Below, one piece after another: positions 37,504 to 47,513 of a stretch of 64,000 nucleotides of DNA (its first letter is position 1; the number at the start of each line of letters is the position of its first letter). The DNA comes from Truepera sp. (lineage in GTDB: Bacteria > Deinococcota > Deinococci > Deinococcales > Trueperaceae), in assembly GCA_965218435.1 (NCBI GenBank), contig CBDCKW010000009.1, positions 1,152,001-1,216,000 of the forward strand, read 5' to 3'. A program made the position numbers and the translations under genes. The notes under the pieces were generated by a model that searched no databases, was not told the origin of the DNA, and saw only the letters and a program-made list of their open reading frames with translations.

Positions 37504-38034
37504 GTGAAGCTGGTGATGCTCTACGGCCCACCTGCGGTGGGTAAACTGAGCGTGGCGCAGGCGCTAACGGCGCGTACCGGGTTTCGGGTATTGCACAACC
37601 ATCTGCTAACAGACCTCAGCTGTACCTTATTCGACCGGAGTACGCCCCAAGCTCGAGCCCTCACCCGCCGTTTACGTGAAATGTGCTTAGACGCTGCCCG
37701 CACTGAAAATCTCCCCGGCGTCATCCTGACTTATGTTTACGCCAGAGACCGCGACGCTTACATTTTGGGTCTTTGCGACAGCGTAGAGGCGCAGGGCGAT
37801 GCAGTTTATCTGGTGCAGTTGAGCTGTAAAGTGGAAACGCTCGAGGCCCGCGTCGGTGAACCTTCAAGAAAAGCGTTTGATAAACTTACCACGGTTTCCG
37901 GATTGAGGGAAAAGTTGGAAACGCTTAACGAACCGTTTGGACAGCTCGAGGGGCGCGAGAGTTTGCTCGTCGAAACTGATGAATTGACCCCGGACGCGGT
38001 AGCTGAGGCTATTCAGTCAGCGTATAAGTTCTAA
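37504..38034 (+). CDS. P-loop kinase-like (AAA_33) protein
   Basis: YGPPAVGKLS Walker A, HNH. Confidence 0.8.
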   Translation: MKLVMLYGPPAVGKLSVAQALTARTGFRVLHNHLLTDLSCTLFDRSTPQARALTRRLREMCLDAARTENLPGVILTYVYARDRDAYILGLCDSVEAQGDAVYLVQLSCKVETLEARVGEPSRKAFDKLTTVSGLREKLETLNEPFGQLEGRESLLVETDELTPDAVAEAIQSAYKF

Positions 38035-38036
38035 AA

Positions 38037-38066
38037 GAAGCTCGAGCCTTAGTGGGCTCGAGCTTC
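38037..38066. terminator. Hairpin between convergent genes, built from two GCTCGAGC copies
   Basis: GAAGCTCGAGCC-ttagtg-GGCTCGAGCTTC. Confidence 0.7.
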
Positions 38067-38090
38067 CGAATCCCAATGATCTCTAAATGC

Positions 38091-38996
38091 TTAGTTCGCC
38101 GCCTGGCTTGCCGGTGGCACGTCGTCAAAGGCGGCGGGTGGGTTTAGGAGCCGCCAGTTCCACCCTCCGTCTCGGCGTGGCGGCCAGATGACCGCGGTCG
38201 CTTGTCCGGCAATTGACAAACTCGTCACCGGGCCGAAGTAGCGCGAATCCTCACTGCCGCCCTTGCTCGACTGACGGTTGTCACCCATTAAAAAGTAGCG
38301 CCCTTCGGGGATAATCAGCTCGTGTAAAAAGGGCTTGCCACTCGGTGCATTTGCCGGAACCGGGGCGAGCGCCGCGATAGTGCTGCCGTAATAAAACTGC
38401 GTCTCTTTGCCCCCGACGGGTGCGGGGCCACCGGTATTTGGGTCGTAAGTACCTTGAATAAACCCCTGAAACCCGGTGATCTTACCGTTTTGCGCCGTGA
38501 CGACCGGATAGTTGACGGGATCGGGGGTGATCTCACCGGAGCTGCTGATAAACCTCTGGTTGATCGGGTCACCGTTGACATAAACCTGACCGTCTTGAAT
38601 ATAAAAGTGGTCACCGGGCCGCGCGATGACGCGTTTGATAAAAAACGACCGCCGACCCCCCATCTCTTGCAGCGTCGGGGCATTTTCAGGTTCGCGCACC
38701 ACCACGATGTCGCCACGGTCGTACTCGCCCATCACGCCAGCGCGCCGGAGCCAGGTTTCAAATTTGGGGATGAATACGCGGTCGCCGGTAAAAAGGGCTT
38801 GCGGTAACTGACCGCTCCCACCGTTAAGGTTAGGGCGCATGGACGAACCCACCACGCCGACCGTCGTAAAGACAAAAGTCACGATCAAGTAGGCGACGAT
38901 CAAAGCTTCCGCGTAGCCTCTAACCTCGTGCCAGAAGCGTTGGGAGCCAGATTTTGGGGGGTCGTTTTTCCGCGTATCGCGGGCGTTCGATGTCAT
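38091..38996 (-). CDS. lepB: Signal peptidase I
   Basis: GSSMRPNL (Ser), FIKRVIA (Lys), GDNR...SEDSR. Confidence 0.95.
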   Translation of the reverse strand: MTSNARDTRKNDPPKSGSQRFWHEVRGYAEALIVAYLIVTFVFTTVGVVGSSMRPNLNGGSGQLPQALFTGDRVFIPKFETWLRRAGVMGEYDRGDIVVVREPENAPTLQEMGGRRSFFIKRVIARPGDHFYIQDGQVYVNGDPINQRFISSSGEITPDPVNYPVVTAQNGKITGFQGFIQGTYDPNTGGPAPVGGKETQFYYGSTIAALAPVPANAPSGKPFLHELIIPEGRYFLMGDNRQSSKGGSEDSRYFGPVTSLSIAGQATAVIWPPRRDGGWNWRLLNPPAAFDDVPPASQAAN

Positions 38997-39066
38997 ACGA
39001 GCAGTCTACTCTACCCGCGCTGCTTTGGGCGCAAATTACCGGGCTTTTTAGGCTTAGTCTTTTGAG

Positions 39067-39363
39067 CTAGATAATCCCTAATGCGCCGAGTACCTGCAAA
39101 ACCACGATAACGCCGCCGAGGAGTGCAATCAGGCTAAAGCGGGCGTCAATTTCACGGTCTAGTTTGTCGAGTTTAGCATCTGTTTCGTTTCGGGCTGCTC
39201 GGATTTCGGCGCGTAGGTCGTTGAAGCCGTTTTCTAAGCGGGCCTCGAGCGTACTCAGCCGCTTATCAATCTGCTCATAAGACCCTTCAAGGCTCGCCCC
39301 GGCCCTAGTGGGCCTGAGTGCCGCCATTCTGACTTCAAGGGAGTTGGCGGGTTCAGGAAGCAT
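39067..39363 (-). CDS. Coiled-coil protein with C-terminal TM helix
   Basis: Heptad-like IDKRLSTLEARLE...; hydrophobic tail. Confidence 0.7.
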   Translation of the reverse strand: MLPEPANSLEVRMAALRPTRAGASLEGSYEQIDKRLSTLEARLENGFNDLRAEIRAARNETDAKLDKLDREIDARFSLIALLGGVIVVLQVLGALGII

Positions 39364-39448
39364 CAGGGGTATGGTGACAGACTTTTAGGTCTATTGCAAT
39401 GTATTTCTTTGCTGAGTCGTCTCTACAAGTTGAACTAGGTAGCTACTT

Positions 39449-40450
39449 CTACTTGGCTGTACTCTTTTTTTGCTCGAGCGCCGCACGGCTCTCTACAGGT
39501 TTGGGCGTCGAATCGGCGGGCAGCAGCTTAAAAGCTGCGTTTTCAGACCGACCGGTCGTGAGCGCCCGGACGGGTTCGGGGGTTTTGGCCTCGTCTAACG
39601 CACTTCGCGGTAACAACCCTGCCTCGACGAACACATAGAGTGCGCTCCACTCCCCGATAGCGACGATCTCTTCAAACGCCCAGAACGCCTCGATGTTGAG
39701 GTGCGGCATCGAATACTGGACGCGCAGGTCGGCGGGGTGCAGGTTGTACTGAAGTTCGGTCAAGATGCTCCCGGTGATGTCGGTCGCGCGGAGCATCATC
39801 TGCGCCATCGGATTGCGGCGCTCGAACCGAAACCGGCTGACCACCCGCTCCCACCAGCCGCCTTCTTCCGAGGTTCCGGCAAGAGACGCCCGCCGCGCCA
39901 TCGTCGCGTCCCCGGCGATCGTAAAGTCGGCGTGTAAAAACGCCGCGGCGTTGACGGGGATGTTGTTGACGATGCCGCCGTCAGCCAAGGTGCGCCCATT
40001 AAACACCACCGGTTCAAACGCGCCGGGAAAACAGCTCGAGGCCCGAACCGCCGTAATTAGGTCGCCGCGAAAGATAAACACTTCTTCGCCGGTCTCGATG
40101 TCGGTCGTTGAAATGACCAGCGGTTTTTTGAGTTCGTCAAAAGTTGCGGGTAGATGCGACGCCAAAAACGCGTGCAGCTTCGCACCCTTAAAGAGCCCAT
40201 TGCCAAACGAAAAATCAATGATGTCGCGCCACGAAACGCCTTTGGCAATCTCATAAATCTCTTCGGCGCTGTAGCCGTTCGCGTAAAACGCACCTAAAAC
40301 CGCGCCCATCGAAGTTCCGGCTAACACGTCGGCTTCAATCCCGGCTTTTTCTAAAACCCGCAACAAACCGATATGGGCAAAGCCCCGCGCCGCACCGCCG
40401 CTTAAAATCAGCCCGACACGTCTTTGTTGTCCGGGGGTCTCAACATCCAC
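39449..40450 (-). CDS. Patatin-like phospholipase
   Basis: GGAARG, GTSMG, DGG. Confidence 0.93.
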   Translation of the reverse strand: MDVETPGQQRRVGLILSGGAARGFAHIGLLRVLEKAGIEADVLAGTSMGAVLGAFYANGYSAEEIYEIAKGVSWRDIIDFSFGNGLFKGAKLHAFLASHLPATFDELKKPLVISTTDIETGEEVFIFRGDLITAVRASSCFPGAFEPVVFNGRTLADGGIVNNIPVNAAAFLHADFTIAGDATMARRASLAGTSEEGGWWERVVSRFRFERRNPMAQMMLRATDITGSILTELQYNLHPADLRVQYSMPHLNIEAFWAFEEIVAIGEWSALYVFVEAGLLPRSALDEAKTPEPVRALTTGRSENAAFKLLPADSTPKPVESRAALEQKKSTAK

Positions 40451-40528
40451 GGTTTAAGCTTAGCAGGTCGCCCAAATGTTGCCCGTCGGCTATCTTTCTG
40501 CGTCCGGCCCCGCCGTTAGACTATCCTT

Positions 40529-41101
40529 ATGACACGTTCTGTAAGGCCAACTGTACCAAAAACCGTACCGGAACGCGTCGAGACGCCCCGGCTGCTGCTC
40601 CGCGCCCCGCGTTTAGAAGACGCTCCGGAACTTTACGCCGCTGTCTGTGACTCGCTCCCGGAACTGAGACCCTGGATGGCTTGGGCGACACCTGAGTATT
40701 CACTGGCGACGTCCCAAGAGACCACCCGCAAGGCTATGGCCCAATTTGCTGCTAGAGAAAGCTTGCATTACCGTCTTTTTGACCGTGCAACCGGAACTTT
40801 CGTCGGGTACAGCTCGTTTCACCATCTTGACTGGGCGGTACCGAGGCTCGAGCTCGGTTACTGGCTCCGCACCTCAGCTGCTGGCAAAGGGTTGATGCGT
40901 GAAGGGATCGCGGCGCTTTGTGACATGGCTGAACAAAAACTTGGGGCTGTGCGTTTAGAGATTCGCTGCGATACGCGTAACGTCAGAAGCGCCCGCGTCG
41001 CCCAGGCGTGTGGCTTTGGGCTCGAGGGCATTTTGCGCCACGAGGCCAGAGACCCACAAGGCGCACTGCGCGATACGTGTGTCTACGCCCGCATCAACTA
41101 A
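40529..41101 (+). CDS. RimJ/RimL-type GNAT acetyltransferase
   Basis: ETPRLLLR, ELGYW, GKGLM, NVRSARVA. Confidence 0.9.
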   Translation: MTRSVRPTVPKTVPERVETPRLLLRAPRLEDAPELYAAVCDSLPELRPWMAWATPEYSLATSQETTRKAMAQFAARESLHYRLFDRATGTFVGYSSFHHLDWAVPRLELGYWLRTSAAGKGLMREGIAALCDMAEQKLGAVRLEIRCDTRNVRSARVAQACGFGLEGILRHEARDPQGALRDTCVYARIN

Positions 41102-41234
41102 ACCACCCACGCACTAAAAGTTCATTTTGAGATGGACCAAAGTCTCGGCCTACGAAGCACGCCCTGAGTCGGGCCTCGACCTTGTGATAGAAGCCTGCGG
41201 TCAAAGGTAAAAACTGAGTAGCAACTAAAAGGCT

Positions 41235-41248
41235 TGCACTAAAGTGCA
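41235..41248. promoter_or_regulatory. Palindromic operator upstream of the trehalase gene
   Basis: TGCACT-aa-AGTGCA. Confidence 0.5.
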
Positions 41249-41337
41249 TAATTTTGAATCAGCGTGCTGGAATAATAATTGACTTGGTTACTGACCTTGT
41301 AGAATTACAGAGAAGCTCGAGACCCTGGTTGACCTCT

Positions 41338-42684
41338 ATGTCTACTCCCTTTTACACTCTTGCCCCCGCCATGAGCAGGCGTACCCTGCTCAAACGTGTG
41401 GCCCAAGGGACGCTCGCGGTACTCGCCGGGTCTGTGCTGACGAGCTGCGTCAAAGAATCCAGGGCACCTGAACCTGAAGTGCCGCTACCTGACAGACGTG
41501 CTTGGAAAGTGCTTGACAACACCATCCGCAACTGATGGGACGGCGACCAAAAAGACGCGTTAGACGCTGCTCCCGAAGGCACTTTATTATTTTTGCCTTA
41601 CCCTTATCTGACCCCAGCGGGTAGCGAAGCCGCTTTTGACGAGATGTACGGTTGGGACACTCACTTCATCAACCTGGGGTTGCTTGCGCACGGACGCCTA
41701 GACCTGGTGCAAAACCATATTTTGAACCACCTCTATATGATAGAGCGTTACGGCAAGGTCTTAAACGGCAACCGAACCTACTACTTGGGGCGTTCGCAAC
41801 CGCCTCTTTTAGCTGATACGGTGCGGCGGTTTTTACACGCGGGCGGCGCGGCCGAGGTCGTTCACCAAGCCTATCCGCTCCTGCAAAAAGAGTACCGAGG
41901 GTACTGGGGAGCCGAGCATCACCAGACGCCGGTTGGACTCTCCACCAACCGCGATTTACTCGCTTCGCCGCTGCGTCCGGCACTCGCAGCCGAAGCGGAA
42001 ACCGGGCTCGACTTTACGCCCATCTATGGGGGCGACGTGCGTGAATGCGTTCCGCTACTGACCAATTGTGCGTTGGTACGCTACGCCGAAGCACTTTCTG
42101 ACATTGCCGAGGCGCTTGGTGACGCTCCAGGTGTAGTGACGTGGCGGCGTGAAGCGCAGCGGCGCACCGAGCAGCTGCGGACACTCTGTTGGGATGAGCA
42201 GACCGGGTTTTTTCGCGAGTACAACTACGCGCTCAAAAAACGGTTGCCCTACCGCTCGCTTTGCGCGTACTGGACACTCTGGGCCGGGGTTGCCACGCCG
42301 GAGCAGGCAGCGTCATTGGTTTTACAACTCGGAGACTTCGAGATGGCGCACGGTCTTAGCGTAACGGATCAAACTTACGCCAGCCCGCACCCCGAGTTTG
42401 GGAACTTGCAGTGGGCGTACCCACTCGGTTGGCCGCCGCTACACCTGATCGCCGTTGAAGGGTTGGCCCGTTACGGCTACCAAAAAGAAGCAGAACGTAT
42501 CAGCCGCAGATTCGTCGGGCTGATGCTGCACCACTATGAAAAGACGGGCAAGTTATGGGAGAAGTACAACGTCGTTACGGGTGGGCTCGAGTTCCCCGTA
42601 GAGCGTTACCCGAGCGTGCCGTTTCACGGCTGGTCGTCAGCGGCGGCGGTTGTGCTGGGCAACAGGGTCTTTGGGCAATTATGA
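41338..42684 (+). pseudogene. Tat-exported lipoprotein trehalase (GH37) interrupted by an in-frame TGA
   Basis: SRRTLLK and LTSC lipobox; TGA at 41533-41535 in frame; then EMYGWD, NGNRTYYLGRSQPP, AETGLDF, QWAYPLGWPP, EKYNV. Confidence 0.85.
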
Positions 42685-42927
42685 GAACCACTATAAAAGC
42701 GACCCGCTTCCGGGTTACCCCGTAAAGAGGTAACGCCGCACCGCCGCTGCTTCCCGGCGGCAAAAGTAGCCCAGCCGACTTCGGTTTATCCGGGCAGAGA
42801 TAGCTGCACCAACAGAGGACTTGCGTAGAGCACTTGACAATTTAGAGGCGACAACATCGTCCTCAAGTCGGCTGCTCTAACCGCGGCGACCTTCCTAACA
42901 TAGGCGACCTTCCCAACACAGCTGTAG

Positions 42928-44004
42928 CTAGACAAGCCCGCGTTCTCTCGCCCAGACCACCGCCTCAACTCGGGAATGGACGTTTAGCTTGCTGTAGATA
43001 ACCGCGAGGTGGTTACGCACCGTTTGCACTTTGATACCCAGCTCGGCGGCGATGGCCTGGTTGCTAAGCCCCTGAGCCACCAGCACTAAAACCTCTTGTT
43101 CACGCCGAGACAACGCGACCTGCTCGAGCGTTTCGGCGTGCCCCCCCACATGAATACGGTTAAGCTGCTCGATCAGGCTGCGGCTAAACCAGGTCGTGTC
43201 GTTCATGACCGTCTGGATGGCCCGGTGCAGCTCGCTTTCGCTGCGTTTACGTTCGGTGACGTCGTAAAAGATATGGAGCAAAATCCGTTCGCCTGCTACG
43301 GTCAGGGGTTTAGCCGAGCCGATGATGTGGCGCTCGTCGCCCCCTTTCGTCCGCAAACTGAGGTCTAAGTTATGAAACTCACCTTGCGCTTTAAGTGCGC
43401 TCTGGATACGCCCCTGGTCTCCCTCTGACGACCACAGCTGCAGCTCGCGGCTCGAGCGCCCGACAACTTCACTGCGAGCGTAGCCGGTAAGCACTTCAAA
43501 GCTTTCGTTGACCTCGGTCAACCGCTGCTTCGTGTCAAGCAGGGTGATCGGGACGGGGGCGAGCTTGAACACCTGGGCGAACAGTTCCTGAGCGTGCTCG
43601 AGTTCGGTCACATCGGTAAAGGTAAAGATGCCGCACGCTCCGGCGTCCAGCTCGATAGCTTTGGCGCTAACCTGGACGACGCGCTCACCCTGGCTGGTGG
43701 AGCACACCGCTAACGTCTCTTTAGAGGTCGCCTCGCCCTGTCTGAGGTTTTCTACGATGCGCTCAAACTTACCAGCGTCCCGGTTGGGAAACAACCTAAG
43801 TTCGGGGATGCGCCGACCCTTAACCTTGGCGTTAGGCCGCCCGGTGATTTCAGGCAGTCCGGGGTTGGTCTCGAGCACCTGTTGATCCGAGAGCCGGACG
43901 ATCATCGCCGGAGCCGGGTTCGCGTCGAAGGCGATTTGAAACCGTGCTTGCGCCTCATCGCGTTCTTGGCGGGCTTGCACTGAACCACCCGTGTCCGGGG
44001 TCAT
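42928..44004 (-). CDS. PAS-PAS-LuxR transcriptional regulator
   Basis: Two PAS repeats each ending DVTE; LSRREQEVLVLVAQGLSNQAIA HTH. Confidence 0.92.
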   Translation of the reverse strand: MTPDTGGSVQARQERDEAQARFQIAFDANPAPAMIVRLSDQQVLETNPGLPEITGRPNAKVKGRRIPELRLFPNRDAGKFERIVENLRQGEATSKETLAVCSTSQGERVVQVSAKAIELDAGACGIFTFTDVTELEHAQELFAQVFKLAPVPITLLDTKQRLTEVNESFEVLTGYARSEVVGRSSRELQLWSSEGDQGRIQSALKAQGEFHNLDLSLRTKGGDERHIIGSAKPLTVAGERILLHIFYDVTERKRSESELHRAIQTVMNDTTWFSRSLIEQLNRIHVGGHAETLEQVALSRREQEVLVLVAQGLSNQAIAAELGIKVQTVRNHLAVIYSKLNVHSRVEAVVWARERGLV

Positions 44005-44228
44005 GCTGTACTCAGGGCCATGTCGTACCCAGTGTCATGCCTGCCTCCTGATAGGTTACGCCGTTATGCCCCCTGGGTTTTGCCGCCTCTACTTATTCTA
44101 ACAAGCGAAATAGGCCAAACGTCTACCCGGAGGTCGGGCGTAAAGCAGCGCGGCTGAGTAAAGCGCTGAGACTATAAAAGTCAAATCCGCCGCTAACACC
44201 TGACGGCTAAAACCTGACGGAGCTTTCG

Positions 44229-44480
44229 TCAGCTTCGCTGGATCAGCTGTGTAACTGTTTGTGACGAGAGCATTCTACCTTGTAACGAATAGCACCTGGA
44301 CTGGGTTGAGCTCGAGTCCTTTTGGCAGGCGCTGCGAAACGCTACGGTGACGCCCGGAGGGTCTTTCCAGCGGTCAAAACGCAAGCTTTGGGCGACCAAG
44401 GGCAGAGCGGTAGGAAGCTGATAATGGGCCAAGCGTTCGTCCATCTCGGCTTCGCTCATGGACACCACCCGAAAGCTCAT
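44229..44480 (-). CDS. Hypothetical protein or gene fragment
   Basis: RBS AAGGAG before ATG; no recognisable motif. Confidence 0.35.
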   Translation of the reverse strand: MSFRVVSMSEAEMDERLAHYQLPTALPLVAQSLRFDRWKDPPGVTVAFRSACQKDSSSTQSRCYSLQGRMLSSQTVTQLIQRS

Positions 44481-44824
44481 TTTGGTGTTTTCTCCTTAAC
44501 CCGTACCAAGTATCTCGTTTTAGCTCAGCACAATCCGTTTTGTTCTAGCCGCGCCCATAGAGTACTTAAGCAGTTAGAGGCTACGCTAATCACATCACCC
44601 CATAATGTGCGTGCTCGACAGTTTAGCTGAACATGGTTGCGTCTGTTCCCAAATAGTACCTGCTATACCTGCCGTAAAATCGCAGCTCATAACTTTGCTC
44701 ATCTCTTTATCCCTTAGCAGCCGCGGTAAGTTATACTTTCGTGTCCGTTTAGCCCCTGTCAACTCCAAAAAACAGCATGTAAGGGCTAGGCTGCTAGCGT
44801 TGACCAACATTTAAGGAGTGCGAC

Positions 44825-45343
44825 ATGGAAACAGACATTCGGCAAAGGGCCGTAGAGCTGCTCGAGCGTTCAGGAACGGTGTTGCAACTTGAAGAAGTGC
44901 AGAACATGGAGGTCGCCGAGCTTGGCCTAAACGATTTCAAAATTCAGGGTTTGTTTCTCGTCGTATACGTCAACAACGACCGCTACTGCGCCAAAGAACT
45001 CGTACTGTTACCCCGGCAGACCTGCCCGCAACACCGCCATCCGCCGACCCGTTACGGCGAAGGCAAAATGGAGACGTTTCGCTGCCGCTGGGGTAAAGTC
45101 TGGCTCTACGTCGAAGGTGAACAGACGCCGGTTCAGGCCACGGTACCCGACAAGAGCGCCGAATACTACACGGTGTTTCACGAAGTCGAACTCAACCCCG
45201 GCGAGCAGTACACTATCCCTCCCAACACCTGGCACTGGTTTCAGGGGGCTGACGAAGGGGCCGTGGTGTCGGAATTCTCGAGCCCCAGCCACGACGAGTT
45301 CGACGAGTTTACCGACCCTGGGGTTCAGCGGGTGGCGGAGTAG
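44825..45343 (+). CDS. D-lyxose/D-mannose family sugar isomerase (cupin)
   Basis: YCAKEL, QTCPQHRHP, GKMETF, HWFQ, VSEFS. Confidence 0.92.
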   Translation: METDIRQRAVELLERSGTVLQLEEVQNMEVAELGLNDFKIQGLFLVVYVNNDRYCAKELVLLPRQTCPQHRHPPTRYGEGKMETFRCRWGKVWLYVEGEQTPVQATVPDKSAEYYTVFHEVELNPGEQYTIPPNTWHWFQGADEGAVVSEFSSPSHDEFDEFTDPGVQRVAE

Positions 45344-45507
45344 CGGCGGTTGGCGCAACCTCAGCCGGGAGCGTCTGTCATGGGTATTTGTGGGAAGCGA
45401 GCATCAAGAAGTCAGAGTAAAGAGTACAAAACACCTCTCATGTGCTCAAAGCCTGACGCACTTAAAATCCGCTGACAAAAGTTCAAGTTAACGTAACCTG
45501 AGTAGAA

Positions 45508-45537
45508 AGCGCGTCCTTAACCTCTCTAGGACGCGCT
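45508..45537. terminator. Hairpin between convergent genes
   Basis: AGCGCGTCCT...AGGACGCGCT. Confidence 0.7.
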
Positions 45538-45564
45538 CAGTATAGGTAGGAACCAGCTCGAGCC

Positions 45565-46572
45565 CTACTCGGTAATCGTAAGCTCGTCCAGACCACCGTA
45601 GGTGTCAAACCAAGGTTTTGCGTAGCGGTCAATGACGCCGTTAAGCATCTCAATATTGGCGACGCCGTGCTCTTGAAGGTAGCTCGCCATCTTGTCTTTG
45701 CCCTCGTGGGCGTAGACCGAGATGCCCCCTTTCCAGGTTGCGCGCCCGCAAAGCACGCCGCTATAGGGGACGCCGTGCTCCCCGGCCAGCTCTAACATCT
45801 CAGCAAAAATCTTCATGTCTACCCCGGCCGACAGGTAGATAAAGGGGCGTTTGGCAAGCTCGGCCGCCTTTTGAAAGTGCTCAGCGGCTTCGTCGCGGCT
45901 GAATAGTGCCTGTTGCGGCGGTGTGCTTAGGCCCTCAACATATTTGCCCGACACCGGCATCTCGACCTTGAGCACGTCCACGCCGTAACGGTCTTTGGAG
46001 AATTCGCGGATGGTCTCGCAGACGTACTCGGGCTGTTTGGCGGCGAACTCGGCCGCGTCCGGCAACGCGTCGTCGTAGGTGACGGGCTCGAGGAAGAGTG
46101 GCAGACTGAGTGCTTCACATTCAGCCCCGACCCGTTCGACAAAGGCGTGTTTGACCTCGTTGATCTCATCGCCCTCAAAGGGGTTGTAGTAGACGAGCAG
46201 TTTCACGCCCGTTGCCCCGGCTTCTTGCAGGCGGCGCACGCTCCACCCCGCCGCGAGGTCGGGTAGACGCCCAGGCTTCGAGTTGTCGTAGCCGCTCTCT
46301 TCATACGCCAAAAGCAAGCCTGCATTTTCAGCGCGGGCGCGGCTCGCCGCTAAACCGTACTGCGGATCGAGTAAAATCGCCGACGCGTAAGGCGTCAAGA
46401 CCTCGGTAACGACCGTTTTGAACTCTTCTAGTTGGGCATCATCGAAGGTGTCACCGTCGGCTTGAAGCGCCTTGCGGAGCGAGCCGCGCTGATCCATCGC
46501 CAGCGCCGCAATCACGCCGCTGGGCCGCGCACACGCCTGAAGGTTGTCGAATTTTCGCTGAGTGATCTGCAT
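45565..46572 (-). CDS. lacD: Tagatose-1,6-bisphosphate aldolase (class I)
   Basis: ALAMDQRGSL, AILLDPQYG, VDVLKVE, PFIYLSAGV, GVLCGRATW. Confidence 0.93.
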   Translation of the reverse strand: MQITQRKFDNLQACARPSGVIAALAMDQRGSLRKALQADGDTFDDAQLEEFKTVVTEVLTPYASAILLDPQYGLAASRARAENAGLLLAYEESGYDNSKPGRLPDLAAGWSVRRLQEAGATGVKLLVYYNPFEGDEINEVKHAFVERVGAECEALSLPLFLEPVTYDDALPDAAEFAAKQPEYVCETIREFSKDRYGVDVLKVEMPVSGKYVEGLSTPPQQALFSRDEAAEHFQKAAELAKRPFIYLSAGVDMKIFAEMLELAGEHGVPYSGVLCGRATWKGGISVYAHEGKDKMASYLQEHGVANIEMLNGVIDRYAKPWFDTYGGLDELTITE

Positions 46573-46586
46573 GGGGTATCCCTTCG

Positions 46587-47513
46587 TTACAAGTCATCTA
46601 TCTGGTCGTAAGCAAGTGAGGCCGAGGTCGGACCGAACGCCGTGACCGAGCGTGCGCCGACGGCGTTGGCAAACCGGGCGGCTTGGAGCGGGGCCGCGCC
46701 TCTAAGTGACGCTACCGCAAACCCGGCAGCGAAGCAGTCGCCCGCGCCGGTCGGGTCAACCTCCTGAACGCTAAAGCCCGGAATGTACCGTACCTCATCA
46801 GCTGTATAAAGTGTACAGCCCTCAGCCCCGCGTTTTAGAAGCACGGTGCTCGCACCTTCTACAAGTGCGCGGCACGCCTCGTCGGGGTCGGCCAAGCCGG
46901 TCAGCTGCTCCGCTTCGGCGCGGCTCGGCAAAATCACGTCGGCAGCGTCTAGGACGGGGCGGCAAACCTCGCTTAAAGCCTGGTCGGGAAACAGTTCAGG
47001 GCGGACATTGGGGTCAAAACTGACGGTTGCGCCCCTAGCCTTCGCCTTATCAACGGCAGCGAAGACAGCCTGACGCACCGACTCGGAGACGCCTAAAGAC
47101 GAACCGGTCACGTGCAGCCAGCCTACATCTCTAAATAGTTCCGGTGCGAGGTCAGCCGGGGACAGCTGCGCCGCCGCAGTGCGCCTCAGGTAAAAGAGAA
47201 ACTCACGGTCGCCCGCCCCGTCGTAACTGACAAACGCCGCGCCCGTTTCGTAGTCAGGAGCCGTGCGCACATAAAGCTCAACGCCCGCTTCTTGCAAATG
47301 CCCCCGACACAGCGTCCCAAAAGGGTCGTTGCCACACACCCCGGCAAACCGCACCCGCGCACCCAGCCGCGCCGCCGCCCACGCGAAAATCGCGGGTGCG
47401 CCCGACGCATAAGGGCCGAGGAAAGTGCCGGAGACGCCCAGCGGCTCATCTTTATCCGCCCTCATGATCTCAACGAGCAGCTCGCCGAGGCTGACGATGA
47501 CGCCGCTAGCCAT
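46587..47513 (-). CDS. PfkB-family sugar kinase
   Basis: SGAPAIFA, FDPNVR, VDPTGAGDCF. Confidence 0.93.
   Translation of the reverse strand: MASGVIVSLGELLVEIMRADKDEPLGVSGTFLGPYASGAPAIFAWAAARLGARVRFAGVCGNDPFGTLCRGHLQEAGVELYVRTAPDYETGAAFVSYDGAGDREFLFYLRRTAAAQLSPADLAPELFRDVGWLHVTGSSLGVSESVRQAVFAAVDKAKARGATVSFDPNVRPELFPDQALSEVCRPVLDAADVILPSRAEAEQLTGLADPDEACRALVEGASTVLLKRGAEGCTLYTADEVRYIPGFSVQEVDPTGAGDCFAAGFAVASLRGAAPLQAARFANAVGARSVTAFGPTSASLAYDQIDDL

Noticed and set aside
41533..41535. In-frame TGA as selenocysteine
   Set aside because: Context suggests Trp in a glycoside hydrolase; no redox motif or evident SECIS
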